Origin: Azolla caroliniana
Taxonomy: Eukaryota; Plantae; Polypodiophyta
Length of the DNA stretch: 64,000 bases
Direction of reading: 5' to 3'
NCBI GenBank assembly: GCA_043228905.1
Contig: JBHGNT010000007.1
Location: forward strand, 10,354,001 to 10,418,000
Part shown: piece after piece, positions 46,570-60,827 of the stretch
How positions within the stretch are numbered: the first letter of the stretch is position 1
How the letters are laid out: the number at the start of each line of letters is the position of its first letter
Made by a program: the position numbers and the translations under genes
Notes under the pieces: model-generated
What the model was told of the DNA's origin: nothing
Seen by the model: only the letters and a program-made list of their open reading frames with translations
Database searches by the model: none

Positions 46570-49500
46570 TTGGTATTTAAACCAATGCTTTGTAACTTTG
46601 TTACTATTGGATGTAATATATAGTTATCTCTGTCTTAAGCTCTCTCTCTCTCTCACTCTGTTTTGCCTTACGTACACACAGTCCTTCCGATGCATCTCAG
46701 CCACTCTTGCTCCACTTTACATGGTATCAGAGCATGTGGTTGCTTAATCATCCTCCTCATTTCTTGTGTGGTGCTACACGCCGACGAACAATAGAACCGG
46801 CTCATCAATAGAGAAGAAACCACCATGAATACTCAGATGGGAAGTGCTCTTCCAACAGAGAAGCTTGACAGATTGAACTTCGCATCTTGAGAATACAAGA
46901 TGCATCAATACCTTGTCGGCTAAGGTTACTGGAGCTACATTGAAGGAGCTCATGAAACGCAACCCAACCCAACACATGCCGACTATCCCGCTTGGGAGCA
47001 GGCCGCAAGCCGTGTGTTGTATTGCTTGGCATCATGCGTACATGATCATATGCTAGGATATATCAGAGAGGAAAAAACGCCGAAATAGGGATGGGAAAAC
47101 CTCAAGAAAATCTTTGCGGCCAATACGGCTGCACGGAAGCTCCAACTTCGACAGGAGCTAAACAATCTGCAACAGAGGGATATGTCGATCACAAGTTACA
47201 CCTTGAAGATCAAGGAACTATGTGACGCCCTCAGCTCGATCAATGTCATCATCGATGATGACGAGATGGTGCAAATATGCCTCGATGGTTTAGCACCTCG
47301 ATTTGGCTCGATTAGATTGGCCATCCTTGCTCGAGAGAATCATCCTTCCTTTTTTTATCTCCAATCGTTATTGCTTGTCGAGGAGAATCACGTGCGTCGA
47401 AGGAACAACATGCATGACGGACAAATGTTGTATTCGAATTTTGATGGAGGAAGAGGACACGGTCGCGGAAGGAAAGGCCGATTAGGCCAAGGCTGACACA
47501 ATCATGAGCGTAACCCCCACCAATGGCAAGCAGACAGATCCGGTCCTAGAGAGTTCGGCGGAAGGGGAGTCATCACGCCAGACCAAGAAATCGTAGAAAC
47601 CCAATTGAATGTAGGTACATCGGAAAACTCGGCCATTAGGAAGAGGAGTGCCGAAAGAAGAAACATGAGGCATGCTGACAGCTTACTAATTACGCTTCGA
47701 ATTCCGACTATGGAGACCGTCGCGGAATGTTCATAATGAAACATGAAGCGCACTCGATGTTTGTGCAGGCTTCAACGAGTGCGTCCACCTCAAATAATGT
47801 ATAGTTTGTCGATTCAAGAGTGTCAAATCACATGACGTCTCATGAAGATTGGTTTTGGGAATTACGAAAACCCGAACGTCCCGGATATGTCAAGACAGGC
47901 AATGACACTCATCCAATACAACATATCGGGAATGTCCCATTCGGAAACGACGGCAAACAAACCTACCTAAAGAATGTACTGCATGTCCCCACCATCACGA
48001 AAAACCTAGTCTCAGTCGGTCAGATTGTCGAACAAGGAATGCAAGTACGATTCAACAACGATGGGTGCTTCATCGAAACGGGCGGTCAAGTCGTAACTCA
48101 CGGTCGACGAGAAGGTCGTATGTTTATCCTCGAATCAAATGAGCTAAAGTCAACCATGTTTGCAAAGGGCCTCAAAGTCGAAACTGACTTAAATTTGTGG
48201 CACAAAAGAATCAACCACATCAATCTCCAAAAACTTCAGAACATGCAATCGAAAGGAGTCATAATTGGACTCCCGAACTTTATGATGAAGGAGATTACAG
48301 GCTTATGCAAAGCATGCCAATTCGGAAAGCAAGGTCATCACCCATTCCCAAAAGTGTGGAATGTGGGCAAAGGAATCCTGGATGTTGTACATTCAGATGT
48401 GTGAGGACCAGCCCAAACAACTACATCCGGCGGCTGCCAGCACTATGTCATGTTCATCGACGACTTCTCTAGGAACACCTGGATCTACTCGATGAGACAG
48501 AAGAGCGAAGTGTTTGGACACTTCTAGAGGTTCAAAGCCGAAGTCGAAAAAGCTATGGGTCGGCATCTAGGCCGCCTTCGATCGGATGGAGGCAAAGAAT
48601 ACTTTTCGGATGAGTTTACGGCGTATCTCCGAAAGGAAGTAATCCGACCAGAATTCTCATGCCATCACACACCTCAGTAGAACGACGTAGTTGAGCGTAC
48701 AAACCGGCACATAGTAGAAGTCGCTCCGGCTATGATGAATGAGAAGAATTTGCTGAAATCATACTGGGCAGAAGCGGCGAACACGGCCGTATACCTCATG
48801 AATAGGTGCACAACCTTGGGAGTACACAACATAACTCCTCATGAGAAGTTCTTTGGAAAGAATCCGGACTTATCACATGTCCGTATTTTCGGTGCAATCT
48901 CTTACATGCATATTCCCGAAGTCGGAGAAATTTATCCTTGTGGGGTACTCGCTCAAACAGAAGGGGTACAAATGCTACAATCCATCTACCCGAAAAGTTC
49001 AAACAAGTCGAGATGTCATATTCGACGAGTCCGCATCCTGGTACATGCCAGAGACAACTTCGACTTCGACTCCGATATACGCCGAAATAGTGCCAGAAGC
49101 CGAAGATCAAATTACATGAATGTTCGACAAAAGTCCAATTATGACACGACTGAGTGGGCCGTCAGAGCCGCCGAGCGATCAAAGCACATCTCGGCCGAGT
49201 CCAAAGCTGGACAAAGGGAAGGCGAAAATGCGGGAATACGAAGATCAGTTCGAATTCGAATCGACTCACTCCCTTGATAGTGAGTTCGAAGGTCTTGACA
49301 TCCGAACAGATGGTGTGAAGAAATCTTTAGAATCCGCAAACGAAAACCTACGCCGGTCCACCCGAGAGAAGAACCTCGTAAACCGTTACGGCTACAATGA
49401 GTACGTGGCATATCATTACACCTTTATGATGAAGGTAGCGATAGTACGGGAGCCGGAAATGCTTTACGAAGCCGTATAGAATCCGTGATGGGTCAATGCG

Positions 49501-52500
49501 ATGCATGAGGAAATGGAAGCGTTATGCAAAAACGAGACATGGGATCTCGTTCCTCACCCGCCGAACAAGAAAGCAATTGGTTGCAGATGGATTTACAAGG
49601 TGAAGCACAATGCCGACGGCTCTGTAAATTGCTCCAAAGCACGTCTTGTTGCGAAAGGATACGCACAAACCCACGACGTCGACTACGAAGAGACCTTTGT
49701 CCCAGTGGCAAAGATGACCACTATACGGACCGTAATTGCCCTGGCAGCGGCAAAGGGTGGCACCTTCACCAGATGGACATGAAAAACGCCTTCCTCCAAG
49801 GAGAATTAGAAGAGGAAGTGTATATGATTCAACCACCTGGATTTGAATCGTGTAACTATCCAAACACCATATGTCGACTTAAGAAACCATTTTATGGCCT
49901 CAAACAAGCACCGCGTGTGTGGCACTCGAAGATCACGCAATATCTTCATCAAATCGGATTTCGAATGTCAAAATCTGATACTTCTCTGTACATCCAAAAC
50001 GAGTCGGATAGCCTGATTGTCATCATCCTTTACGTGGATGATTTGGTCATCCGAGGAAAAGATCTAGCCAAGATTAACAAGGTCAAATCACTTCTTTCCG
50101 GCAGATTCGAAATGAAAGACCTCTGCACGAGTTCCATTACTTCCTAGGCATTGAAGTAATTCGAACACCAGTCGGAATAATGATATCACAACGGCACTAC
50201 GTTCTCAACTTAGTCTACAAGTTCGGAATGACGGAATGCAAACCTGTGGCTACCCCTCTCGATCGTAACTTCAAGATCGATGCTAACTCCAACACGGTCG
50301 AGAGCGAGCCGACTTAGTATCGTCAACTGATCGGTAGCTTAATTTATCTAACCATCACGAGACCCGACATCAACTATTCGGTCGGCCTGCTTAGTCAATT
50401 TATGCAACATCCGCGAAATCTTCATTTGGATTGCGCTAAGCGGATACTTCGGTATGTCACCACGACAATGGACTACGACATCATGTATAAGTCGAATACA
50501 ATCATTTGACTCGAAGGGTACACAAACGCAGACTCGGCAAAATACAAAGCATATAGACGATCCACAAGCGGATACTTCGGTATGTCACCACGACAATGGA
50601 CTACGACATCATGTATAAGTCGAATACAATCATTTGACTCGAAGGGTACACAAATGCAGACTCGGCAAAATACAAAGCATATAAACAAGCACCGCGTGTG
50701 TGGCACTCGAAGATCACGCAATATCTTCATCAAATCGGATTTCGAATGTCAAAATCTGATACTTCTCTGTACATCCAAAACGAGTCGGATAGCCGGATTG
50801 TCATCATCCTTTACGTGGATGATTTGGTCATCCGAGGAAAAGATCTAGCCGAGATTAACAAGGTCAAATCACTTCTTTCCGGTAGATTCGAAATGAAAGA
50901 CCTCTGCACGAGTTCCATTACTTCCTAAGTAATTCGAACACCAGTCGGAATAATGATATCACAACGGCACTACGTTCTCAACTTAGTCTACAAGTTCGGA
51001 ATGACGGAATGCAAACCTGTGGCTACCCCTCTCGATCGTAACTTCAAGATCGATGCTAACTCCAACACGGTCGAGAGCGAGCCGACTTAGTATCGTCAAC
51101 TGATCGGTAGCTTAATTTATCTAACCATCACGAGACCCGACATCAACTATTCGGTCGGCCTGCTTAGTCAATTTATGCAACATCCGCGAAATCTTCATTT
51201 GGATTGCGCTAAGCGGATACTTCGGTATGTCACCACGACAATGGACTACGACATCATGTATAAGTCGAATACAATCATTTGACTCGAAGGGTACACAAAC
51301 GCAGACTCGGCAAAATACAAAGCATATAGACGATCCACAAGCGGATACTTCGGTATGTCACCACGACAATGGACTACGACATCATGTATAAGTCGAATAC
51401 AATCATTTGACTCGAAGGGTACACAAATGCAGACTCGGCAAAATACAAAGCATATAAACAAGCACCGCGTGTGTGGCACTCGAAGATCACGCAATATCTT
51501 CATCAAATCGGATTTCGAATGTCAAAATCTGATACTTCTCTGTACATCCAAAACGAGTCGGATAGCCGGATTGTCATCATCCTTTACGTGGATGATTTGG
51601 TCATCCGAGGAAAAGATCTAGCCGAGATTAACAAGGTCAAATCACTTCTTTCCGGTAGATTCGAAATGAAAGACCTCTGCACGAGTTCCATTACTTCCTA
51701 AGTAATTCGAACACCAGTCGGAATAATGATATCACAACGGCACTACGTTCTCAACTTAGTCTACAAGTTCGGAATGACGGAATGCAAACCTGTGGCTACC
51801 CCTCTCGATCGTAACTTCAAGATCGATGCTAACTCCAACACGGTCGAGAGCGAGCCGACTTAGTATCGTCAACTGATCGGTAGCTTAATTTATCTAACCA
51901 TCACGAGACCCGACATCAACTATTCGGTCGGCCTGCTTAGTCAATTTATGCAACATCTGCGAAATCTTCATTTGGATTGCGCTAAGCGGATACTTCGGTA
52001 TGTCACCACGACAATGGACTACGACATCATGTATAAGTCGAATACAATCATTTGACTCGAAGGGTACACAAACGCAGACTCGGCAAAATACAAAGCATAT
52101 AGACGATCCACAAGCGGATACTTCGGTATGTCACCACGACAATGGACTACGACATCATGTATAAGTCGAATACAATCATTTGACTCGAAGGGTACACAAA
52201 TGCAGACTCGGCAAAATACAAAGCATATAAACAAGCACCGCGTGTGTGGCACTCGAAGATCACGCAATATCTTCATCAAATCGGATTTCGAATGTCAAAA
52301 TCTGATACTTCTCTGTACATCCAAAACGAGTCGGATAGCCCGATTGTCATCATCCTTTACGTGGATGATTTGGTCATCCGAGGAAAAGATCTAGCCGAGA
52401 TTAACAAGGTCAAATCACTTCTTTCCGGTAGATTCGAAATGAAAGACCTCTGCACGAGTTCCATTACTTCCTAGGCATTGAAGTAATTCGAACACCAGTC

Positions 52501-53489
52501 GGAATAATGATATCACAACGGCACTACGTTCTCAACTTAGTCTACAAGTTCGGAATGACAGAATGCAAACCTGTGGCTACCCCTCTCGATCGTAACTTCA
52601 AGATCGATGCTAACTCCAACACGGTCGAGAGCGAGCCGACTTAGTATCGTCAACTGATCGGTAGCTTAATTTATCTAACCATCATGAGACCCGACATCAA
52701 CTATTCGGTCGGCCTGCTTAGTCAATTTATGCAACATCCGCGAAATCTTCATTTGGATTGCGCTAAGCGGATACTTCGGTATGTCACCACGACAATGGAC
52801 TACGACATCATGTATAAGTCGAATACAATCATTTGACTCGAAGGGTACACAAACGCAGACTCGGCAAAATACAAAGCATATAGACGATCCACATCCGGAT
52901 TCGTCTTCTCTCTTGGTAGCGGAGCAATCTCCTGGAGCAGTAAGAAGCAGTCGACAGTCGCATTGTCGAGCATGGAAGCCGAATACAGGAGCACAACAGT
53001 CGCCGCATGCGAAGCAGTATGGCTCAAGCGTATACTGAAGGAGTTGGGGGTACTCACCAAAGATCCAATTCGTCTATATTGCAACAACATGAGCAATACT
53101 ACCTGGCGCGGAACCCCGTTTTCCACGCGTGGACTAAGCACATCGAAGTCACTATCATTTCATCTGTGAGCGCGTACAGGCTGGAGATATTGATTTACAA
53201 CATATTAGTACGCACCTACAGGTAGCCGACATTTTCACGAAAGCCCTTGGTATCAACAAGCTGTGGCAGTTCGCGTCGAACCTTGGCCTATCTCTTCCCG
53301 ACCAGTCGAGCTTGAGGGGGAGTACAGAATAGTGAACTGATGATGGATCGAAGCCGAACAAGGAGTACACAACCAAAAACCTGAAAAATCGAAGTTCGAA
53401 ACGTTCCGAAGACTGGACCAATCCAAAACCATTTTGCGATATCCGGAAGTTGTGTTCGAAGGGGCGTGTTGAGAATCGAACTCAACTTC
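46570..53489 (+). mobile_element. Decayed Ty1/copia element with an internal tandem array; both LTRs truncated
   Basis: PBS TGGTATCAGAGC 46722-46733; gag MNTQMGSALPTEKLDR; PR, INT, RT, RNase H; PPT and LTR start TGTTGAGAATCGAACTCAAC at 53467. Same family as the 37170 element. Confidence 0.92.
49902..52893 (+). repeat. Tandem array of the copia RT region (units of 781, 773, 773 bp plus a partial unit) with an internal 128-bp duplication
   Basis: Unit start AAACAAGCACCGCGTGTG at 49902, 50683, 51456 and 52229; identical ORFs recur in the ORF track at 773-bp spacing. Confidence 0.95.
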
Positions 53490-54269
53490 CCATAGAAATA
53501 CCAAGGTTAGGTAGCATCATTTATGTGCATGTGTCGAAAGAGAAGTGGAGGAAGTTGGACTTGAAGGCCGAGAAATGCATATTCCTCAAATACTTGAATG
53601 AGCAGACGGGTTATAAGTGCTATAACCCCTGAACCAAAGAGGTGCGAGTAAGCCGAGATGTTGTTTTCGACGAATCGACTTTGTAGTATCTACCTCCAGC
53701 TAATCCGACTCCCACGCACTCTGAGTCGGATTCAGCAGATTAGACAAGATTACCCGTCTCATTTGAGGAGGAAATCAACACACAAGAAGAGTGTCTGATT
53801 TCGTCTCGACTAAGTGGGTTGAATGAGGAGCTAAGCCGAGATGGCCATCTTGCAAACGAAGACGAATCGACTGTGATGTCACCGAGGAAGAGGCCCCAGA
53901 AGAGGCTCACTCGCCGCGAGAAAGGGAAAAAGAAGAGGCTAGAATACGACAATGATGAGGGAACCATGGATAGGAGTGAATTTGATGGAACACGAGCAGT
54001 GACAAAGGACCTCATCAATGGAAGTCAAAATCAGCCAATGAGGAATTGCGCCGATCAACACGCACAAGAATCTTGTAGTTCAGTATGGGTACAATGAGTA
54101 CATGGCACATCATTATGCATACAAGTCGAAAGTGGTAGAAGTCCGCGGGCCGGAGAGCTACGTAGAGGCATCATAGGCTGCCAAATGGCAATCAGCCATG
54201 GAGGAAGAAATGCGAGCAGTAGCCATGAACGAGACATGAGAACTTGTTGGCCCTCCCCAACACTGCAAG
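53490..54269 (+). mobile_element. Decayed copia fragment (post-integrase to RT start)
   Basis: YVHVSKEKWRKLDLKAEKCIF..GYKCYNP, SRDVVFDE. Confidence 0.8.
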
Positions 54270-54647
54270 TGTCATGATATAGCCTCAAAAGGAATTTAGA
54301 CCATGACCTTATTTTATATGGGTTGAGGCCATACCATTAAGTTATTTATTATAATACAAAAAACATTATTTTCATTATAAAAAATTCATATATATTCTAG
54401 ATTACTCTGGAACATTCTAGAAAATTCACAAATACTTTTGATAATACTATAAATAGAGGCATATGACACTATTTAGAACCAATTTGGTTCAACACCAGTC
54501 TTAAGCCTCGTAACTATCCTTTTACTCTTTCATGTAATATATTTTCTTGCTATCATACTTCTTGTTACCACACACACACACACACACACTCTCTCTCTCT
54601 CTCTCATAGTCTCTCCTTCTCCTCTATATCTAGTACTAATCCTGACA
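54270..54647 (+). mobile_element. Probable LTR (TGTCA...TGACA) related in layout to the 44680 LTR
   Basis: TATAAATA followed by TTCAACACCAGTC, as in the 44680 LTR; no matching TSD found. Confidence 0.55.
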
Positions 54648-54679
54648 GTACTCTCTCTCGATGCATCACGAATGGGGCA

Positions 54680-54930
54680 TTCTTCTTTGACACCATGAAC
54701 CACTTATTTGAGTATGGGGTAGTCGACAGTTCGAGGATTCCCATGTCGATTTTCTCCTTGAGAAGCTCCATCAACTTTGGAATGTGAGCTCTCGGCATGG
54801 AAATCAGTGTGAGGCTCCACGGTACATGTGGTACTGTGAAGATCACCATTGGTTCCATGATCATCGGGTCGACACACCCGATCTCCTCCGGAGAGAATGC
54901 GAACGACTTTCCATGTCTTTCAAGCATGCC
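54680..54930 (-). mobile_element. Ty3/gypsy RT N-terminal fragment
   Basis: FAFSPEEIGCVDP..PMVIFTVPHVPW..GILELSTTPYSNKWFMVSKKN. Confidence 0.75.
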
Positions 54931-55360
54931 TATAACCGTAGTATTCTATACACGTGGATAAGTCTGAGGATTAAACGCGAGTGTAAAGAAGGGGAGGATT
55001 ACTTTTAATCCTCAGCCTTGAGACAACCCATTAGGCCAATTGTGAACTTGCTTGGGGACCTTGGGTCTCGCTATAAATATGAGGCCTAGCTACCCTCATT
55101 TCATCATCTCTTGACTACGTCGAGACTCTGTTTCATGGTGGGTCAACTCTTGTAGTGAGCGCACCAGCACCAGGTACAACTCGACGCCACAACGGTGGTA
55201 TGGGACGCTAATCCAGGCTTGAGTCCGTCTCGATTCCTTTGCTCGGGGGTGGTCAGGTGGATCAACATCCTTCTTTCTCTCTCACCTTTCTTATTTCATA
55301 TATATTATTCCTTATCATATGCTTACATTAGATCATAACTCTAACAGTTGGTATCAGAGC
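54931..55360 (+). mobile_element. LTR followed by a tRNA-Met PBS
   Basis: Ends CTCTAACA at 55346, then TGGTATCAGAGC at 55349-55360; internal TATAAATA. Confidence 0.65.
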
Positions 55361-55939
55361 TTATGTTTCTAATGTTTCTTTTGTTGGTTTTTGTTGTCTT
55401 CTTGATGGATGGTGATCAATTGGCGTGCGGTCGACCTTGATCCAGATAGCAATCAACAAAGGAACTTCAATAACTCTTTCTTGTTTTTTTTCTATTCTTT
55501 CTTCTCCCAGTCTAATCATGTATAGTCAATATATTTTTTCTTTATTGATTCAATGATGTTGTAGTGGTAATGGATTGGTTGTATAAAACGTATTCATATG
55601 TGTATGAGATCAATACCTCATTTGACATATATTTTATATGTGATTCGTGTTGTATGCGTACGAGGTTAATACCTCAATTGCGTATTATGTTCACATACAT
55701 ATGTTACGTATGTGTGTGTTACATATGTTACGATCATAGCCACAATGATGTTGAGAACGTAGGGCTTGACCCACTTCATGTGACGTGGCTCCTATGACAC
55801 ACATATCCAACATCCCTCCCTCATTACATGGATATGATGCCACCATGAGATCATTCTTACGAAAGACATTCGTAATGACGTAACCATGTGATGGGCCACG
55901 TGGGCCTACTACGAAAAGAGGGCTCATTTGTCTTGACCA

Positions 55940-58900
55940 TTAGGTTGTACTTTGGCGTATGCCAACCAAACAAACCGACAGAACCGGTTGGAATACCAAC
56001 CGAACAAAAACGAGGGGAGACTGATAGCGGTCGAAGTGGAGAACAGGCCGATCAGGCGAATTCTGCACACATTGTAGAAAAGCTAGCCACAATGTTTCCA
56101 ATTGCAAGTCGATCAAGAGGAAAGAGAATGGTCGGCGATCTGAGCGAAATCGAGGTCGACCCAACTCAGAAAACTCTCCAGTCGGCAACCAAATCAACGT
56201 TGTCAACTCCCGATATGGAGAAATTCTCTCCTTAGAGGACTCTATGATCGGAGAAGTCCTCTACAGTGCACAAGATGCACACACGTGGTTACTAGATTCC
56301 GGTGCCACATTTCATGTGACCCCCAACATTGAATGGTTTTCGAATTACTCAGCCAACACAAGCGGCACAGTCCGACTAGGTAACGGGCAGGAATGCAGAA
56401 TCACAAGAACTAGAGAGGTTCCCATCCATTTGCCCAATGGCAACATGATCATCCTGCACCAAGCCAGGCACGTACCCGATCTCAAAAGGAGTCTAGTCTC
56501 CATCGGCATATTAGCCGAAGACGGGTACTGAACGACTCTAAGTGAGTTGATATGGATGATCGGTCAGGGAAATCTCTGAATTGGGAGTGGACACAAGTAC
56601 AATAATTTGTACCCATTAATGGTGATCAATCCAGAAGGGGCCGTGAACGTAGCCGAAAAGACTGACCCAAACCTATGGCATGGCTGACTCGGCCATATGT
56701 CTCAAGCCGGACTCTATCGGCTGATGGTGGTCGGCTACATCCCTAAACTCCAAGCAAAGACAAACTTCTATGAGCATTGTCGATATGGGAAACATACCCG
56801 AAGTCTGCACTCTCTCCACTACAAGACGATACGACAACCCCTAGAGCTCGTGCACACAGATATATGTGGGCCCATCCGAGAGTGATCACTAGGAGGCTCC
56901 TCGTACTTCATCACCTTTGTAGATGATTGTACACGGAAGGTTTGGGCCTACTCGATCAAGTCCAAAGAAAAGCGCTCGAGGTCTTCACTTGGTGGATATC
57001 TAAAGTGGAGAACCGGTCGGGACATAGACTGAAGACACTCCAATCCGACAACGGAGGTGAATATACCTCCAAAGCCTTCAAGCAATGCCTGTCCAACAAA
57101 GGGATTCGGCATCAAAAGATTGTTCCTTACACACCCATGCAGAATGGAATGGCAGAATGGATCAACCGAACGATCTAGGAGAGGGTGACGACAATGCTTC
57201 AACAAGCTGGAGTTCTGGGCTGAAGCATTGCAGATGACAATATACTTGGTAAATCTATCACCGTCGAAGGCAATCAAGCTCGAAGTGCCACAAGCATAAT
57301 GGTCAGGCAAATAGCCAACCTACGATAGACTCTGTGTATTCGGATGCGAAGCCTACGTGTTCATCCCCAGGGAGAAAAGGACCAAGTTGGCACCCCATGG
57401 AACGATATGCATATTTCTCGGTTATGGAACCGATGGGGAATTTGGCTATAGGCTATGAGAACCGGAAACTGATCCGGAGCAATGACGTAGTCTTCAATGA
57501 AGACTTTATCTTCTCTCAGCAGAACCAGTAGAGAACAGTTGGTAAGAAGGTATCCTTCGAAGACGACACAGTTGTCATAGAAGAACCAACCCACCAAGCC
57601 GAATCAGAGATTCAACAAACAGTCGAACTCGACCAAGCCGACAACATACCTACCGACTCTGAATCGGTAGGAAGTCCACTAGTCGAACTCGAAGACAAAG
57701 CCATCTACGACAGAGCCGATTCGACAAGAGTCGAAGCAGGCACAGTCCACAAGATGCAAGTAGGAAACAGAACCGAGTTGACAAAGTCCATAGGGGAGGA
57801 CAATGTGACACCACCGAAATCTCGACTTGGGGGCGGGTCAGCTAACAAGACTCCTGACTCAAATGGTTTGACAAATACCGATCGACCGTTAGAACTGGTT
57901 GAAGACTCCGAACCCCTTATCTCAGCACCCAAGAGATCTGGACAAACTCGAAGGCAAACAGAGTTCTACCAAACTAGCCTCGACTACGTCAATTACACCG
58001 ATGCAGGCAAACCAAGCACTTATGAGGAAGCTATGGCCGCAATGGACGCCGAAACATGGCTACAAGCCATGAAATCCGAAATGGACACGATTCGCAAGAA
58101 TGAGACATGGGAGTTGGTCGAACTACCAATTGGAAAGAAGCCGCTACCCTGTAAATGGGTTTTTCGATACAAATATGCATCCGACTTAGAAAAACCCAAG
58201 TACAAAACTCGGCTCGTCGCGAAGGGCTTTAAGCAAGAATACAGGGTCGACTATGATGAGATATTCTCACCAGTAGTCAAGATGACCACCCTCCGACTCG
58301 TACTAGGAGTTGTACAGACAGACGACCTGTAGCTCGAGCAAATGGACGTAAAGACGGTGTTCCTACACAGAGATCTGGAAGAAGACATCTATATGTCTCA
58401 ACCGGTAGGCTTCACATCAACGGCGGAGGAAAGTCACCTCGTATGTCGACGGAAGAAAAGACTCTATGGCTTGAAACAAGCGTTGAGGATGTGGTACCAG
58501 AAGTTTGACTCCTACATAAGGCAACTTGGATACCACCGATCCAACTCCGATCCATGCATGTATATTCGGCAACTGATCGACGAGTCTAGGATTTATCTGA
58601 TCCTATATGTCGATGACATGCCGATTGTAGGAAGCAATCAAGCAAAGATCAGAAAGCTGAAGCGAAGCCTTCATGACAAGTTTGCGATGAAGGAACTCGG
58701 ACAAGCCCGTCACATATTGGGCATGAGGATCGAGCAAAATCGGACGACCAAGATTCTCTGACTCTCCCAAAGCGACTATATCCGGAAGGTGCTGAGGCAC
58801 TTCAACATGCAGAATGTGAAGCCAGCACCAACACCGCTTCCGACGTCAACCCGACTATCAGACAAAGACTCTGCTTCAACGGACAAGGACAGAGAGATTA

Positions 58901-59583
58901 ATGGAAAGATGCCCTACGCATCGGCCATAGGAAGTATCATGTATGCAATGGTGGTGACCCGACTCGACCTAGCCTATGCCATAGGAGTGGTTAGCCGGTA
59001 CATGTCAAACCCAGGACGGAAGCATTGGGAGGCCGTCAAGCGCATCTTCAGGTACCTGAGAGGGACCAAATATACACAGCTGACTTTCTGTTTGATAACC
59101 TCAACAGAAGTTGAAGGCTACACTGACTCTGACTATGCCGGAAATACGGATAATTGGAAGTCAACATCAAGCTATATTTTCACCCATGGTGGCGGTGCGA
59201 TATCATGGAGGTCGAAGCTTCAAGAGGCCGAGTACATTGCAGCATCAGAGGCACCGAAGGAAGCGATCTGGCTGCATCGACTGTTTGCCGATTTCTCATC
59301 TACAAGCCAAATCGACCGACCAGTGCCGACCATCTATTGCAACTCACAGAGCACAATCCACCTCATTAACAATCCCATCTATGACGCAAAGACGAAGCAC
59401 ATTGAGGTACGATATCATCACATCCACGAGCTCATAACTGAGAAGAGGCTTGAAGTCCGAAGGATCGACATTGAGGTGAACATCGCCGATTTCCTGACAA
59501 AGCCACTCCTAGATCAACGCTTTGGAGCACTAAGGACAAAGATGGGACTGCAACAAGCGACCAAGCAAAAGAAAGTCGAATGA
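55940..59583 (+). mobile_element. Decayed Ty1/copia pol of a second lineage (Tnt1-like)
   Basis: [57 protein letters not shown]; multiple stops. Confidence 0.9.
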
Positions 59584-59589
59584 GGAGCA

Positions 59590-60827
59590 TGTTATCCTTT
59601 AGGCTGGACAAGCCCTAACATAGGGTGTCCCTATGGAACATTTCACCAAAAGGTGGTATGGTGAGATATGGATAGACCGTGGTATTGAATGGGTCTTAAC
59701 CAATTACTAACTAGTACTGTTAATGATCATAAGACACACGTAAGATTAATTATATTAAGCACAGAACGGTAACATAATAGACACTAAATAATATGTAAAA
59801 CAACAACGCTTCTATTAATTATCCGTCCCTGATTACATTCTTGCCGGGTCCTTTTATAGGTCTCTGGCTGAGTTACAAATCGGTGCCAACCAACAACCGG
59901 CAATGATCCGGTCCGGATCCGAATCGGCATACCAATTCTGGGTCCGTCCGCTTGCTTCTCATAATACTTATTAATTACAACTCCCTATCCCTAATTAAAT
60001 ACCCCTTTCACATTTTGGCTCCCTCCGGTTTCGGCTACGTTCAGCATCTGCTCCGGAGATTGCTCTTCGTCACTAATGTTAATTGACGTCGTTCTTCTAG
60101 CCGCCATTTGCCGTCTCTGCTCCCGTTCGTATTGCTCGAATTGGAGTTGGGTATCCAGCTGGTCATCATCCAGTTGTCCACCAGCCGGCCCACTGCCACT
60201 AGTTGTTCTCCGGCCATGGACAAGAAGTCATCCGATAACTCCTCCCTTATGGTCACAACGCTTTCCGCGTCCAGTTTGTAGAAGTTATCGCCTTCCTTCT
60301 GCCGGTTCTCCGCATCCGCTCACAGGACCTGCAACTCGGTTGCCTACTTTGCCCATTTGGACCACCATTGTACTGAACTTTCTTCAACTAACCTCTTCGT
60401 CCGATCCCTCCATGTCAGTACGATGTCTCGAATACGACCAAGTCCCATCTTTGACTTAGCCTCCACGGCCTTCTTTTCATCCTTTAATTGCTTTATGAGG
60501 CTCGTGGTTGCCTCAGCTCGTCCCTGATACTGCATCAGTTGTGTCTGATAAGTCATCTAAACTTTGTTCAGAGCCATCTTTGCTTGTTCCATCTCCTCAT
60601 CATGCTATAGGGTAAGCTCCATTCTGTCCTTCGCCGCTTCTGCCAGCATCTTTTCCGCTTCGACTCCCTTGGTCCTTTCTTCCGCCAATGCCACTGCTGT
60701 CCTGTTGACTTCATCCCGGAGTTCCCGCATCTTCTCTTGCTGTCGGTCACCTTCTGCCATCAATTTCTTGTGTTCCGCCTCAAGGTGCTTGTGATCCATT
60801 TTTTGTTTCAGCTTTTGATTGACTTGG
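59590..60827 (-). mobile_element. Probable LTR end plus a degenerate coiled-coil accessory ORF of another retroelement
   Basis: Minus-strand CA end at 59590 and TATA-like CCTATAAAAG near 59855; ORFs 60041-60256, 60344-60556 and 60605-60799 share one frame. Confidence 0.5.

Noticed and set aside
49902-52893. CRISPR-like or multi-gene array
   Set aside because: There are no unique spacers; the units are copies of a disrupted copia RT.
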